Shown in pieces: positions 17,894 through 27,744 of a stretch of 64,000 nucleotides of DNA. The DNA is from Vicinamibacteria bacterium. GTDB taxonomy: Bacteria; Acidobacteriota; Vicinamibacteria; Marinacidobacterales; Marinacidobacteraceae. Location of the stretch: assembly GCA_963422395.1 (NCBI GenBank), contig OY729431.1, forward strand, positions 416,001-480,000, written 5' to 3'. A model generated the notes under the pieces. That model searched no databases. It was not told where the DNA came from and saw only the letters and a program-made list of their open reading frames with translations. The first letter of the stretch is position 1. Each line of letters begins with the position of its first letter. Position numbers and translations under genes: made by a program.

Positions 17894-19375
17894 TTACCGC
17901 CCCTCGGGCGGCGGAAAGGCGGCGAGCGGGCTCGGATAGCGGTCGAGGAGGCCGGGCTCGGCCATCAGCGCTTCGATGGCGTCCAGGTCCATGGGGACGA
18001 ATTCCGAGAGGTTTTCGGCGCCGCCTTCGGTGATCAGGATCACATCTTCGAGACGGAGGTAGATCCGCTCTTCCGGCACCCGGAATTGGGGCTCGATGGT
18101 GAACACCATCCCCGGGGTCAGAGTTCCGTCGGCGTCCCCCACATCGTGCACCGCCATGCCGACGCCGTGGCCCAGCGAGCCCGGCCGGCCGGCGGCGCGG
18201 CGGGCATAGGAGCGGACGAACTCCTCGGCGGCGGACCGGTAGTGCGGTTTCGTGAAGGGCCAGCCGCGGACGATCTCTTCCATCCGGGCCGCCGCCTCGC
18301 CCATCACCACCGCAGTGTCGCCGGGCCGGATGGCGTCGAGGATGGCCCGATAGCAGGCCAGATAGAAGCCGTAGAGATCGCGCTGCCACTCGTTGAAGCG
18401 CCCGTTCACCGGCCACATCCGGGTGACATCGCTGGTGTAGTAGCCGACATCCGGTGCGTAGTCCATGAGGAGGAGGTCGCCGTCTTCCAGGCGGCTCGCG
18501 CCCCGGTGGTAGTGCGGATACCAGGCGTTTTCGCCGGCGGCGACGAGCGAGTAGTAGGCATCCGACTGGGCCCCGTCCCGGAAGAAGAGGAATTTCCCTA
18601 CCGCGTCGAGTTCGTGCTCGTGGATTCCGGGTCTGGTGGAGCGCATCGCTTCCATGAGCGCGAGCCCGGAGAGTCGAGTGGCCTTCGTGACGAGGGCGAT
18701 CTCGCGCGGGCTCTTGACCAGGCGGAGCCGGTCGAGCACGGGAGAGAGATCCTCGATCCGGAGCTTGGGAAAGCGGTCCCGCAGCTGCGAGGCGAAGTTC
18801 GCTTCCCTCGAGGGCCGTCCGTCCCAGGGGTCGTTCGCGATGTCCGAATTGCCGCGGGTGGCGAGATCGCGGCTCATCGCGGCGAGCTCGGCCGGGCTCA
18901 GCGGGGTGTGGAGCACGGGCGGCCGGCGGCCCCAGGCCAGCCGTGCGAGGTCGCCGCTCAGCTTCCAGGCCCCGTGCACCGCATCGACTCCAGTGCGTTC
19001 CCGCGCCAGCTCGGCGTCCTCGGCGCTCAGCAACCGCCCCTCGGAGGCCTCCCGCCGGTCGTTCCGGTGCGGCAGGTAGAGCACCGAACGCCGCGAAGTG
19101 CCGTCGAGCAGGAGATAGGCGTGCGGGGTCTCCACTCCGGTCAGGTAGTAGAACGAGTTCGTCTGCCGGAACCGCACATAGCCGAGCGGCGAAGGCGCCC
19201 CCTGGAGCACTGCGGCGGCCCCCGGCCCGATCGCCTCGAGCACCGCCTCCCGCCGGGCGGTGAACTCTTCGGCGGGAAAATCGCCGGTGAAGAGCGGCGC
19301 ATCCTGAGCTGCCGCCGCCGAAGCGGAGAGGGCCGCAAGGCTTAGCAGCCTGTGGAGAACAGGGTGGAAGGACAT
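17894..19375 (-). CDS. Xaa-Pro aminopeptidase (M24), secreted
   Basis: Signal peptide; RQTNSFYYLTG, RLVKSPREI, DVTRMWP, GHGVGMAVHDVG, FTIEP, LRLEDVILIT. Confidence 0.9.
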   Translation of the reverse strand: MSFHPVLHRLLSLAALSASAAAAQDAPLFTGDFPAEEFTARREAVLEAIGPGAAAVLQGAPSPLGYVRFRQTNSFYYLTGVETPHAYLLLDGTSRRSVLYLPHRNDRREASEGRLLSAEDAELARERTGVDAVHGAWKLSGDLARLAWGRRPPVLHTPLSPAELAAMSRDLATRGNSDIANDPWDGRPSREANFASQLRDRFPKLRIEDLSPVLDRLRLVKSPREIALVTKATRLSGLALMEAMRSTRPGIHEHELDAVGKFLFFRDGAQSDAYYSLVAAGENAWYPHYHRGASRLEDGDLLLMDYAPDVGYYTSDVTRMWPVNGRFNEWQRDLYGFYLACYRAILDAIRPGDTAVVMGEAAARMEEIVRGWPFTKPHYRSAAEEFVRSYARRAAGRPGSLGHGVGMAVHDVGDADGTLTPGMVFTIEPQFRVPEERIYLRLEDVILITEGGAENLSEFVPMDLDAIEALMAEPGLLDRYPSPLAAFPPPEGR

Positions 19376-19494
19376 GGCGCGGGGCTCCGAAGCGGACGAG
19401 GCGGGACGGCCGGCAGGAAGGGCCGGAAAGAACGGTGAGGAACCATCGTAAGCGCCGCGCTACTCTTTCGCTCGCGCCCGAATCGGGTTTTCGT

Positions 19495-20403
19495 TTGAGT
19501 TCCAGTTCACCTTCGGGGTCGCGCTCCAGCCCGCAGCCCGGAGTCCTCGCCGAAATCCCGGCCCACGCCCGGTCGCTCACTCTCCGGCGTCGGGCTTCGG
19601 GGTCGAACCCGCGCGAGTCACTCCTCCGGCTGGCCGATTCGCACCCCGGCCTCCCGCTGGTCTTCGGCCTCGGAGCCTCGCTGGTGCGCGAGCTGGGGGC
19701 CGAGGTTCCGGGTCTCGGCACGCTCGCTCCCTTCACGGGGTCCGGCTTCACCGTCCCGGCCACCCCGGCGGCGCTCTGGGTCTGGCTCCGCTCCGAAGAG
19801 CGGGGAGAGCTGGTCCATGAAAGCCGGCGCGTCGAAAAGATCCTCGCTGGCGCCTTCGAGGTGGATTCGGTGGTGGACGCCTTCCGCTACCGCAGCGGCC
19901 TCGATCTCACCGGCTATGCGGACGGAACGGAAAACCCGGTCGGTGAGGCGGCGGCCCGCGCGGCGCTGGTATCCGGGTGCGGACCGGGGCTCGACGGCTC
20001 CTCGTTCGCGGCGGTGCAGCAGTGGGTCCACGACTTCGACCGTTTCGAGTCCTTCTCCGCCGCCGCGCAGGATCAGATCATCGGTCGCCGGCGGAGCGAC
20101 GATGTGGAGCTGAAGGACGGCCCCGACGCCGCCCATGTGAAACGCACCGAGCAGGAAGCGGCCGACCCCCCCGCCTTCCTGCTTCGCCGTTCCATGCCCT
20201 GGGCGGACTCCCGGCAGAGCGGGTTGCTGTTCCTCGCCTTCGGCAAGAGTTTCGACGCCTTCGAATTCCACCTGCGCCGGATGGTCGGAGCCGCCGACGG
20301 GATCGTGGACCACCTGTTCCGCTTCACCCGGCCGGTGACCGGCTCCTATTTCTGGTGCCCGCCGATCGCGGAGGGCCGCGCCGACCTCAGCCGGCTGGGC
20401 TGA
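19495..20403 (+). CDS. Dyp-type (dye-decolorizing) peroxidase
   Basis: DLTGYADGTENP (GxxDG), QQWVHD, AHVKR, LLRRSMPW; start uncertain (19435 or 19495). Confidence 0.9.
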   Translation: MSSSSPSGSRSSPQPGVLAEIPAHARSLTLRRRASGSNPRESLLRLADSHPGLPLVFGLGASLVRELGAEVPGLGTLAPFTGSGFTVPATPAALWVWLRSEERGELVHESRRVEKILAGAFEVDSVVDAFRYRSGLDLTGYADGTENPVGEAAARAALVSGCGPGLDGSSFAAVQQWVHDFDRFESFSAAAQDQIIGRRRSDDVELKDGPDAAHVKRTEQEAADPPAFLLRRSMPWADSRQSGLLFLAFGKSFDAFEFHLRRMVGAADGIVDHLFRFTRPVTGSYFWCPPIAEGRADLSRLG

Positions 20404-20423
20404 ACGTCCTTCGAGCTGCCGCG

Positions 20424-21113
20424 GTGCACCAGGAGGCCGCGCGGCGGCTCGCCGCCGAGTTCCTCGGGACGGCGGGCCTCCTCGCCGCCATCATCGGCTC
20501 CGGCGTCATGGCGGACGCCCTGTCGGGCGGAAACGACGGGGTAGCGCTTCTCGGCTGCACCGCCGCCATCGGCGCCAGCCTGGTCGTTCTGATCTGGCTC
20601 TTCGCGCCGATCTCGGGCTGCCACATCAATCCGGCGGTCACCCTCGCCTTCCTCCTCCGCCGAGAGATTTCCCCCGGGATGGCCGGGCTCTACGGGGTCG
20701 TTCAGCTCCTGGGCGGTTTCGCCGGGGTGCTGGCGGCGCACGCGATGTTCGACCTGCCGCTGCTGCAGACCGCGACCCAGGTGCGAACCGGCGTCGGCCA
20801 GTGGTTCTCCGAAGGGGCGGCTACCTTCGGGTTGATCCTCACCATTTTCGGCTGCCTCCGGGTTCGTCCGCAGGCAGTGGCGGCGGCGGTGGGCCTCTAC
20901 ATCTTCGCCGCCTGCTGGTTCACCGCCTCGACCTCGTTCGCGAACCCGGCGGTCACCGCAGCGCGCAGCTTCACCGACACTTTCTGCGGCATCCGCCCGC
21001 TGGACGCCCCCGCCTTCGTCGTGATGCAGATCGTGGGGGCCGTCGTAGCGACGCCGTTCGCCGGCTGGCTCTTCGGGGTCCGCGAGCGTCCGGATCCCTC
21101 CACTCGCTCCTGA
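20424..21113 (+). CDS. MIP/aquaporin family channel (AqpS/arsenic-associated type)
   Basis: AEFLGT, ISGCHINPAVT and FANPAVTAARS (two NPA boxes). Confidence 0.88.
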   Translation: MHQEAARRLAAEFLGTAGLLAAIIGSGVMADALSGGNDGVALLGCTAAIGASLVVLIWLFAPISGCHINPAVTLAFLLRREISPGMAGLYGVVQLLGGFAGVLAAHAMFDLPLLQTATQVRTGVGQWFSEGAATFGLILTIFGCLRVRPQAVAAAVGLYIFAACWFTASTSFANPAVTAARSFTDTFCGIRPLDAPAFVVMQIVGAVVATPFAGWLFGVRERPDPSTRS

Positions 21114-21160
21114 ACGGCCGGCACGCCTCTCCGAGTTCGCCGCCCTCGGGCCGCTCCTCC

Positions 21161-22420
21161 GTGACCGCCCGACCTGCAGTGCCGAGTGCCGTGCCGAACG
21201 CGCTGCCGATCCGCGCCTCGGACCGCATCGCCAGCCTCGATGTGCTACGCGGTTTCGCCCTCGTGGGCATCCTGGTAATGAACATCCAGGTTTTCTCGAT
21301 GCCGGCGGCGGCCTACACCAACCCGACCGTCTGGGGCGGTCTCTCCGGAGCCGACCTCGCGGTCTGGCTGTTCGGCCAGCTGTTCGTGAACCAGAAGTTC
21401 CTGTTCCTGTTCTCCCTGCTGTTCGGCGCCGGCATCTGCCTCTTCGCCGACCGCATCGAGGCTCGCGGCGGCCGCCCGGCGCCGGTTCACTACCGGCGTA
21501 TGGCCTGGCTGCTGGTTTTCGGGCTGGCCCACGCCTATTTGCTCTGGATCGGGGACATCCTGGTCCCCTACGCCGTCTGCGGCTCGTTCCTCTGGCTGGC
21601 GCGCCGCCTCGGACCCCGGGCGCTCCTCGTTCTCGGGTTGGCCGTCTTCTCGGCGGGGAGCGGGCTGCAGCTGTTGGCGGGCGCTGTGCTCTCTTCCCCT
21701 GCTGTTCAAGGGGAAGCGAGACGGGAGATCGCGGCGGAGTGGACGCCGAGTCCCGAGGAACTCGAAGTCGAGGTCGCGGCCTACGGCAGCGGCTGGGCGG
21801 GGCAACAGCCGCTCCGGGTCGAGCAGTCGCTCGGGATGCACCTCTTCATGCTGCCGTTCTTTTCGGTGTGGTTCGTGGGTGGGGCCATGCTGTTCGGGAT
21901 GGCGCTCTACCGTCTCGGGATTCTGGGCGCGGCGCGGGAGGACGGCTTCTACCGGCGGCTCGCTGCCTGGGGCCTGCTCGTCGGGGCGCCGGTCACGGCT
22001 TTCGGTATCGGCTGGAATTGCGCCGGCGGCTGGAACTGGGAACGCTCGATGTTCTTCGGCGCCCAGTTCGACACCTGGGGAAGCCCGGCGATGGCGCTCG
22101 GCTACCTCGGCTTGGTCCTGCTCGTTGTCCGCCGGGGTCTTCTTCCCGGCCTCCTGGCGCGCCTCGCCGCTGCTGGCCGGATGGCGTTCACCAACTACCT
22201 CCTCCAGACGGTGATCTGCACCACGATCTTCTACGGCCACGGGCTCGGGCTCTTCGGCCGAGTGGACCGGGCCGGGCAGCTCGGCATCGCCGCCGCCGTC
22301 GTCCTGATCCAGCTGTGGCTTTCCCCGCTATGGCTCGGCCGCTTCGCCTACGGCCCGCTCGAATGGGCGTGGCGGGGTGCGACCTACGGCAGGGCGCCTC
22401 CACTCCGCCGGTCTGCCTGA
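21161..22420 (+). CDS. DUF418/YeiB family membrane protein
   Basis: RIASLDVLRGFALVGILVMNI, FSLLFGAG, GRMAFTNYLLQT, YGPLEWAWR. Confidence 0.9.
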   Translation: MTARPAVPSAVPNALPIRASDRIASLDVLRGFALVGILVMNIQVFSMPAAAYTNPTVWGGLSGADLAVWLFGQLFVNQKFLFLFSLLFGAGICLFADRIEARGGRPAPVHYRRMAWLLVFGLAHAYLLWIGDILVPYAVCGSFLWLARRLGPRALLVLGLAVFSAGSGLQLLAGAVLSSPAVQGEARREIAAEWTPSPEELEVEVAAYGSGWAGQQPLRVEQSLGMHLFMLPFFSVWFVGGAMLFGMALYRLGILGAAREDGFYRRLAAWGLLVGAPVTAFGIGWNCAGGWNWERSMFFGAQFDTWGSPAMALGYLGLVLLVVRRGLLPGLLARLAAAGRMAFTNYLLQTVICTTIFYGHGLGLFGRVDRAGQLGIAAAVVLIQLWLSPLWLGRFAYGPLEWAWRGATYGRAPPLRRSA

Positions 22421-22490
22421 TCCGCACCTGTCCCGCCGGCCATGTCCGTGTCCCTTCACTGAGTGGAGCCGAGATATAGACGGCTACCGG

Positions 22491-22660
22491 TTATGCCCGC
22501 AGGCCTCGCACTGCGGAACTCGTCCGCAATACGGGCGCTATGTACTCGGGTTCGATGCCGTGGCTTTCCGTGGGATAGAACATCTCGTTCCAACCCCGCC
22601 GTTCTCCGCGGCGGACCGTAAAGAACCGTTCGATGGGTGCGAGTAGGTTCAGGGTCCGTA
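22491..22660 (-). pseudogene. Internal fragment resembling a large N6-adenine DNA methyltransferase / type II RM protein
   Basis: Manual translation FFTVRRGERRGWNEMFYP..HGIEPEYIAPVLR, bounded by stops; recognised from memory of the family only. Confidence 0.4.
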
Positions 22661-22777
22661 GAAGCCGAGTTCCATCCGATATCGAGAATCCGACCGAAAA
22701 AATATCTTGATCAGACCTTCCTTAAACGAGCTAGGTACATGAAGCATTGACCTGCTTCCAAAAGAAATTCATCAACT

Positions 22778-23100
22778 TCAACCGAGCGCTTTTCCATTTG
22801 TATGCCTACTCCGAATTTCTGACTCCCCGGCCTGTTCGTACACCGCCTTCAGGTCGCGTCCCGCGCTCTTCTGCTCGACGATCAGCACGCCCGGCCAGAA
22901 CAGGTCGATGAAGCCCGAGCGGTTGTCCAGCTTCGCGACATACGCCTCGTAGCGCGCGACGCTCTGCCGCTGAACGCCGAACACCCGGAAGAAGGCGTTG
23001 TAGAAGCTCTGCGTCTCGCCCTTCTGGTAGGCCGCGTCAACGCCATTCGTGGGCGAAGCGGCGGCGCGGCGCGTACCTCATTCCTCCACGAAAAGCGCAT
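22778..23100 (-). pseudogene. N-terminal fragment of an MmeI-like (type IIL) restriction-modification enzyme, frameshifted and truncated
   Basis: MRFSW..NEVRA / AAYQKGETQSFYNAFFRVFGV..SGFIDLFWPGVLIVEQKSAGRDL..EQAGE; homology ends abruptly at an AT-richer segment. Confidence 0.8.
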
Positions 23101-23215
23101 CAGATCGCGCCGCCTGCTCTGCGCCGAGCACCGGACGATGTGTAATTGTTCGGGAATGGATGAAGGGAAGCCGCCGGATCAGTTGCTCGTACGTCCACGA
23201 TGGCGCGATAAACGA

Positions 23216-23530
23216 TCATGCGTTCAGCGCGTCCGCACGACGTTCGGCGGCGACCCTCTCGCGACGCGCCTGTGCAAGCTCGTAGCTCGCCTGCATCCGC
23301 ATCCAGTGCTCGGCGGTACCCCAGCCGATGTCTTCCAAAGACAGCGCCATGTTCGCGGACACGCCCGCCTTGCCGTTCAGCAGCCGCGACAGCGTGCCGC
23401 GCTCGCAACCGAGCCGTGCCGCCGTCTCGGTCACGTTCCAGCCCTCATCGTCCATGCTCTCGCGGATGAGTTCGCCCAGGTGCGGCGGGTCCTGCATCGG
23501 GCCGACGCGATCGTTCGCAATGTCGTTCAT
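23216..23530 (-). CDS. higA: HigA family antitoxin (HTH)
   Basis: PPHLGELIRE, TETAARLGCERGTLSRLLNGKAGVS, WMRMQASYEL. Confidence 0.9.
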   Translation of the reverse strand: MNDIANDRVGPMQDPPHLGELIRESMDDEGWNVTETAARLGCERGTLSRLLNGKAGVSANMALSLEDIGWGTAEHWMRMQASYELAQARRERVAAERRADALNA

Positions 23531-23548
23531 GGTCAGCACTCTCTCCGG

Positions 23549-23821
23549 TCAGTGGTAGTCGATCAGGCCCACGTCCACGGCCTCGCCGTCCTCGAAGCGG
23601 AACACCACGCGCCAGTTGCCCGAGACGCGGACGCTCCACTGGCCCGCACGGTTGCCCTTCAGGGGATGAAGCCGAAAGCCCGGCGCGTCGGCGCTGCCCG
23701 GATGCGTCGCCTCTTGCAGACGGAACAGGATACGCCGAAGCCGTGGCGCGAAACCGGCGGGAAGCCGCGCCGTGTCGTCACGTTCGTGCAGCGCCCGCAG
23801 TCCCTTGTGCCTGATCCTCAG
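23549..23821 (-). CDS. higB: HigB/RelE family toxin (plasmid-killer type); canonical start out of frame
   Basis: Manual translation RIRHKGLRALH...GFRLHPLKGNRAGQWSVRVSGNWRVVFRFEDGEAVDVGLIDYH*; the GTG at 23828 is out of frame by one base, leaving only an in-frame CTG at 23821. Confidence 0.8.
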   Translation of the reverse strand: MRIRHKGLRALHERDDTARLPAGFAPRLRRILFRLQEATHPGSADAPGFRLHPLKGNRAGQWSVRVSGNWRVVFRFEDGEAVDVGLIDYH

Positions 23822-23829
23822 GATTCACA

Positions 23830-23846
23830 GTAGCGCGCCACGTTAC
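23830..23846. promoter_or_regulatory. Imperfect palindrome, putative HigA operator
   Basis: GTAGCG-N5-CGTTAC immediately upstream of higB. Confidence 0.5.
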
Positions 23847-24239
23847 GCGCCGCAAGCGCCCGCCGCGCCGTCGCAGCGGGCGGCAACGCTGCGGAGCGGT
23901 AACGTGTGCACGGCTCGACCCTGCGCAGAGGGAACATGTGCGGCGGCCACTGCTCAGCGGCGGTCACGTGCGAGCCTGCACCGCCGCCGACAGTGCGGGC
24001 CGAGTAAATGATGCCGCCGGTGCGCACGCCTTCATGAATTGATCTGTTACCTCGTACTTCCTAATAGTGCCGCTTGGAAGCCGCGCGGCGGTTCGGGGAC
24101 TGTCTTCGCAGGTGCGCGGCGGGCGCTGCCGCTCAAGCGCCGCTCGGGCTAAATGCCGGTTGCACAACCGCTTTCATCGCCCGACGGTTTGAGCGGTCAG
24201 GAAGCGCGATCTGGACGCCGGTCGGCGCGTGGTTCTCAC

Positions 24240-24400
24240 ACGACACGCATCGAGGTCGATCACCGAATCCCACCGGTCGGCGCGTGGTCCCGTACGGCAG
24301 ATCGCAGAGCACGAGGTCCACGGAATTCGCCGGCAGCCGGGGCAGCACTTCGAGGCAGTCACCTTCGTAGAGCCGGTTGGCCAGTTCGTCCACTCCCCGG
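24240..24400 (-). pseudogene. N-terminal fragment of an N4/N6 (beta-class) DNA methyltransferase
   Basis: NRLYEGDCLEVLPRLPANSVDLVLCDLPYGTT, then frameshifted RWDSVIDL; rest of the gene absent. Confidence 0.78.
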
Positions 24401-24444
24401 GACTCCGGAATCTCCGCGGCGGCGATGGAGGAATGCATTTCTAT

Positions 24445-25896
24445 CTATCGCTTCTGGCCCGCCGGGTCCAAGCCCGCCCCGGCTGTGTTGGACTGCGCTT
24501 CGGGAAGCAGGTGGACGATCGAGTTCGCGTAGTAGTCCAGCAGGTGCCGCCGGGGGGCGAGTACCCGGAGGATGCCTTTCTCGGCGCTCACCATCCGGCG
24601 TTGGATCAGGAGCTGGATGCCGAGCTCGACGGCAGGCTTCCAATCCTCCCGCGGCAGTTCGGTGGCTTCGAAGCGGGTCTCGATCCTCTCGAGAATGGAG
24701 AAGGCGGCGGCCTGCGCCTCGAAAACTGGGATTCCCTCTGGTTTGCCGCCGCGGACCACCGCGGCCATGAGCGGCACCGGCAGCACCGGCATGATCGCTG
24801 CGATGCGCTCCAGGAGCGCGTCGGCGAGCCGGCGCACTTCGACGAAGCGGGTGCTGCGATCCCCGCTTCGCGGATCGAACCCGCTTTCCGCCAGCCATTC
24901 CCGGAGTGAGAGCGGAGCGCCGACGCTCAGTGTCGCGTGTCCGAAAGGTTTCCAGCGGCGGTTCAACCGCAGCCAGACCTGCCCCGCCAGAAAGCCGAGA
25001 GCCGCCCGCCAGGATCGGAACCGGGTGGGCCGCCGGCCCTGAGCTTTCAGGAGCTGCAGATTTTCGTCCTCCAGCACCCGGTCGTAGTTCACCGCGACCG
25101 GCACCAGCGCCACATCGCGTCCCGCATCGGGATCGAAGGCGCGCACTGCATAGTCGAGGAGGCCGAGGCGTGGAGCACCCAGCCGGCCGTCTTCCGAAAA
25201 GCGGCCCTCGATGAAGAAGGCCTGCGGCACTCCGGCGCGGGTGGCGCTCTTCACATGGCTCGCCAGCACCGCCCGGTAGAGCGGACTTCCCGATCCGCGC
25301 CGCACGAAGAAGCCGCCGAGGGCGCGCAGCAGCGGTTCGAGAGGCCAGTAACGCGCCCATTCGCCCACTGCGAAAGACAGGATGGCCCGGTCGGCGAGCG
25401 AGGACGCCGCGATCACATAGTCGAGGTTGCTGCGGTGATTCAGCACGAAGACCGGGGTCGAGGCCTGCGCTGCCGCGACCAGCGCCTGCTCGTCGAGATA
25501 CCGCACCTGAACCCGGAAAAGCCGGCGCAGCATCCGTTTCATCCGGCCGTGGATGACCCCGAAATAGAGCCTCGTGCTCAGTGAGGGCGCGATCTCGCGG
25601 GCGTAGCGGCGCGCTTCGAGGAGGATCTCTCCCTGTTCGCGCCCGCTCCGGGTGGCTTCTTCGAGGATCGCCTCCTGGACCGCCGGTTCCACCATCAGCA
25701 GATCGGCCGCGCTCGACGGCTTCAGGAACTGGAACGCCGAGGGTTGGATCGCGAGCCGTGCCTGCGCTTCCTGCATGGCGTGAGCGTTTCGGCGGTCACG
25801 CCGCCGCCGCCAGAGGGGGCGCAGGACCAGCCCGAAGACCGAGCCGCCGACGAGCAGGAGGAGAACTCCGAACGGGATCGAAACGGGTTCGAGCAC
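24445..25896 (-). CDS. Glycerol-3-phosphate/1-acyl-G3P acyltransferase (PlsB/PlsC-like)
   Basis: NHRSNLDY (HX4D), GGFFVRR, FFIEGRFS, VPVAVNYDRVLED. Confidence 0.85.
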   Translation of the reverse strand: MLEPVSIPFGVLLLLVGGSVFGLVLRPLWRRRRDRRNAHAMQEAQARLAIQPSAFQFLKPSSAADLLMVEPAVQEAILEEATRSGREQGEILLEARRYAREIAPSLSTRLYFGVIHGRMKRMLRRLFRVQVRYLDEQALVAAAQASTPVFVLNHRSNLDYVIAASSLADRAILSFAVGEWARYWPLEPLLRALGGFFVRRGSGSPLYRAVLASHVKSATRAGVPQAFFIEGRFSEDGRLGAPRLGLLDYAVRAFDPDAGRDVALVPVAVNYDRVLEDENLQLLKAQGRRPTRFRSWRAALGFLAGQVWLRLNRRWKPFGHATLSVGAPLSLREWLAESGFDPRSGDRSTRFVEVRRLADALLERIAAIMPVLPVPLMAAVVRGGKPEGIPVFEAQAAAFSILERIETRFEATELPREDWKPAVELGIQLLIQRRMVSAEKGILRVLAPRRHLLDYYANSIVHLLPEAQSNTAGAGLDPAGQKR

Positions 25897-25936
25897 CGGA
25901 TCGTCCTGACTCCGGAACGGCCCCTACCGGGCGCGA

Positions 25937-27706
25937 TCAGCCGTAATCGGGAACGGAGATGGATTTTTCGATCCGCGCGAGCAGCTCCGACCGCCGTTCC
26001 ACGAGCACGCCGGCGAGCCGGTCCGCCGCGACCACCTCCACCTCCCGCTCTCCCCGCATCCGCACCTCGACGCCCCCCTGTTCGAGCGAACGGCGGGAGA
26101 CCACGGCGCGTATCGGAATTCCGATGAGGTCGGCGTCGGCGAACTTGACTCCGGCCCGTTCGTTCCGGTCGTCCATCAGTACCTCGAGGCCGGCGCTGCC
26201 TAGTTCCCGGTAGATGGTTTCGGCCCGCCGTACGGCTTCGTCCTCTTCCTTCGATCTCCCGCCGAGCGGGATCAGGTGCACATCGTACGGCGCGACGCTC
26301 ATCGGCCAACGGAGCCCGCGTTCGTCCCGGTGCTCTTCGGCTACGCAGGCGAGCAGCCGGCCCGATCCGATGCCGTAGGAGCCCATCCAGAGGGGGCGCT
26401 CGGCCCCGGAATCGTCGAGATAGCGGGCACCCGCGGCGTCGCCGTAGCGGGTGCCCAGCTGGAAGATGTTGCCGACCTCGACTCCACGGGCGGTGCGGAG
26501 CGGTTCGCCGCATTCGCCGCAGGGCCGCCCGTCTTCGGCGATGGCGATGTCGGCCACCCGGTCCGGTTCGTAATCCCGCCCCGCGTTCACATTGCGGAGG
26601 TGTACGCCCTCCTCGTTGGCGCCGGCCACCAGGTTCGGCGAAACGGGAATCGCGTCATCACAGACCACCGTTCCCGAAGTCATGCCGATCGGGGAGGCGT
26701 AGCCCGGAACGGCGCCGGCGCCGCGGATCGCTTCGTCTTCCGCTAGCCGGAGCCAGGACGCCCCCACCGCGTTCGCCAGTTTCGTCTCGTTCACTTCCAT
26801 GTCCCCGCGGACGATCGCCAGGACCAGCTCTTCCCGGGCGCCGCCGTCGAGGCCGGCGGTGAGGAAAACCGCCTTGGCGGTGCGGGATGCGGGGATGTCC
26901 AGGAACGCGGCGAGTTCCCGGATGGTCCGGGTGCCAGGGGTCGGCACCGGTTCGAGCGGCTGCGGCGCCTCTCGGGCGGCGGCTTCCTTGCGAAAGCGGG
27001 CGACTTGCCGGTTGGCGGAGTAGCCGCAGGCGTCGCACAACACCAGGGTGTCCTCGCCGATCGGGGTGAGATACATGAACTCGTGCGCTCGGCTTCCGCC
27101 CATCATGCCGACATCGGAGCCGACAGCGATCGTGGGAAGCGCGCAGCGGCCGAAGATACGGAAATACGCCTCGTAGTGCGCGCGGTACTGCCGGTCGAGC
27201 CCGCGGGCGTCACGGTCGAGGGTGTAGGAGTCCTTCATCGTGAATTCCCGCACCCGGATGAGGCCAGCTCGCGGGCGTGCATCGTCCCGGAACTTCGTCT
27301 GGATGTGGTACACGAGCTGGGGCAGCTGCCGGTGCGAGCGGATCTCGGTGCGGCAGAGGTCGGCGACCACTTCCTCATGGGTCATGGCGAGGACCAGTTC
27401 GCTGTTCTTCCGGTCCTGGAAGCGCGCCATTTCCGGCCCCACGGCGTCGTAACGCCCCGAGCGCCGCCAGATCTCCGCCGGGTGGACCACCGGCATGGTC
27501 ATTTCCTGACCGCCGATGCGGTTCATCTCCTCACGGAGGATGTTCTCGATCCGGGTGATTGCCCGGTGGGCGAGCGGCAGGCAGGAGAACAGGCCCTGGC
27601 CCAATTGCCGCAGGAAGCCGGCGCGGAGCAGCAGGCGATGGCTTTCGGCTTCGATCCCTGCCGGGGCTTCGCGGAGCGTCAGGCCGAAGTGGCGGGAAAG
27701 ACGCAT
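25937..27706 (-). CDS. proS: Proline--tRNA ligase
   Basis: MRLSRHF, LAMTHEE, QTKFRDDARPRAGLIRVREFTMKDSY, GVEVGNIFQLG, MGSYGIG. Confidence 0.96.
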   Translation of the reverse strand: MRLSRHFGLTLREAPAGIEAESHRLLLRAGFLRQLGQGLFSCLPLAHRAITRIENILREEMNRIGGQEMTMPVVHPAEIWRRSGRYDAVGPEMARFQDRKNSELVLAMTHEEVVADLCRTEIRSHRQLPQLVYHIQTKFRDDARPRAGLIRVREFTMKDSYTLDRDARGLDRQYRAHYEAYFRIFGRCALPTIAVGSDVGMMGGSRAHEFMYLTPIGEDTLVLCDACGYSANRQVARFRKEAAAREAPQPLEPVPTPGTRTIRELAAFLDIPASRTAKAVFLTAGLDGGAREELVLAIVRGDMEVNETKLANAVGASWLRLAEDEAIRGAGAVPGYASPIGMTSGTVVCDDAIPVSPNLVAGANEEGVHLRNVNAGRDYEPDRVADIAIAEDGRPCGECGEPLRTARGVEVGNIFQLGTRYGDAAGARYLDDSGAERPLWMGSYGIGSGRLLACVAEEHRDERGLRWPMSVAPYDVHLIPLGGRSKEEDEAVRRAETIYRELGSAGLEVLMDDRNERAGVKFADADLIGIPIRAVVSRRSLEQGGVEVRMRGEREVEVVAADRLAGVLVERRSELLARIEKSISVPDYG

Positions 27707-27744
27707 CAGCGGAGTTGGGAGAATGTACTGGGCAACCGCATGCG

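Noticed and set aside
19495-20403. Dyp peroxidase as encapsulin cargo
   Set aside because: No encapsulin gene adjacent and no clear GSLxIGSL-type C-terminal targeting peptide
22440-24440. Prophage or integron cassette array
   Set aside because: No integrase, attC-like repeats, tRNA target or phage structural genes visible
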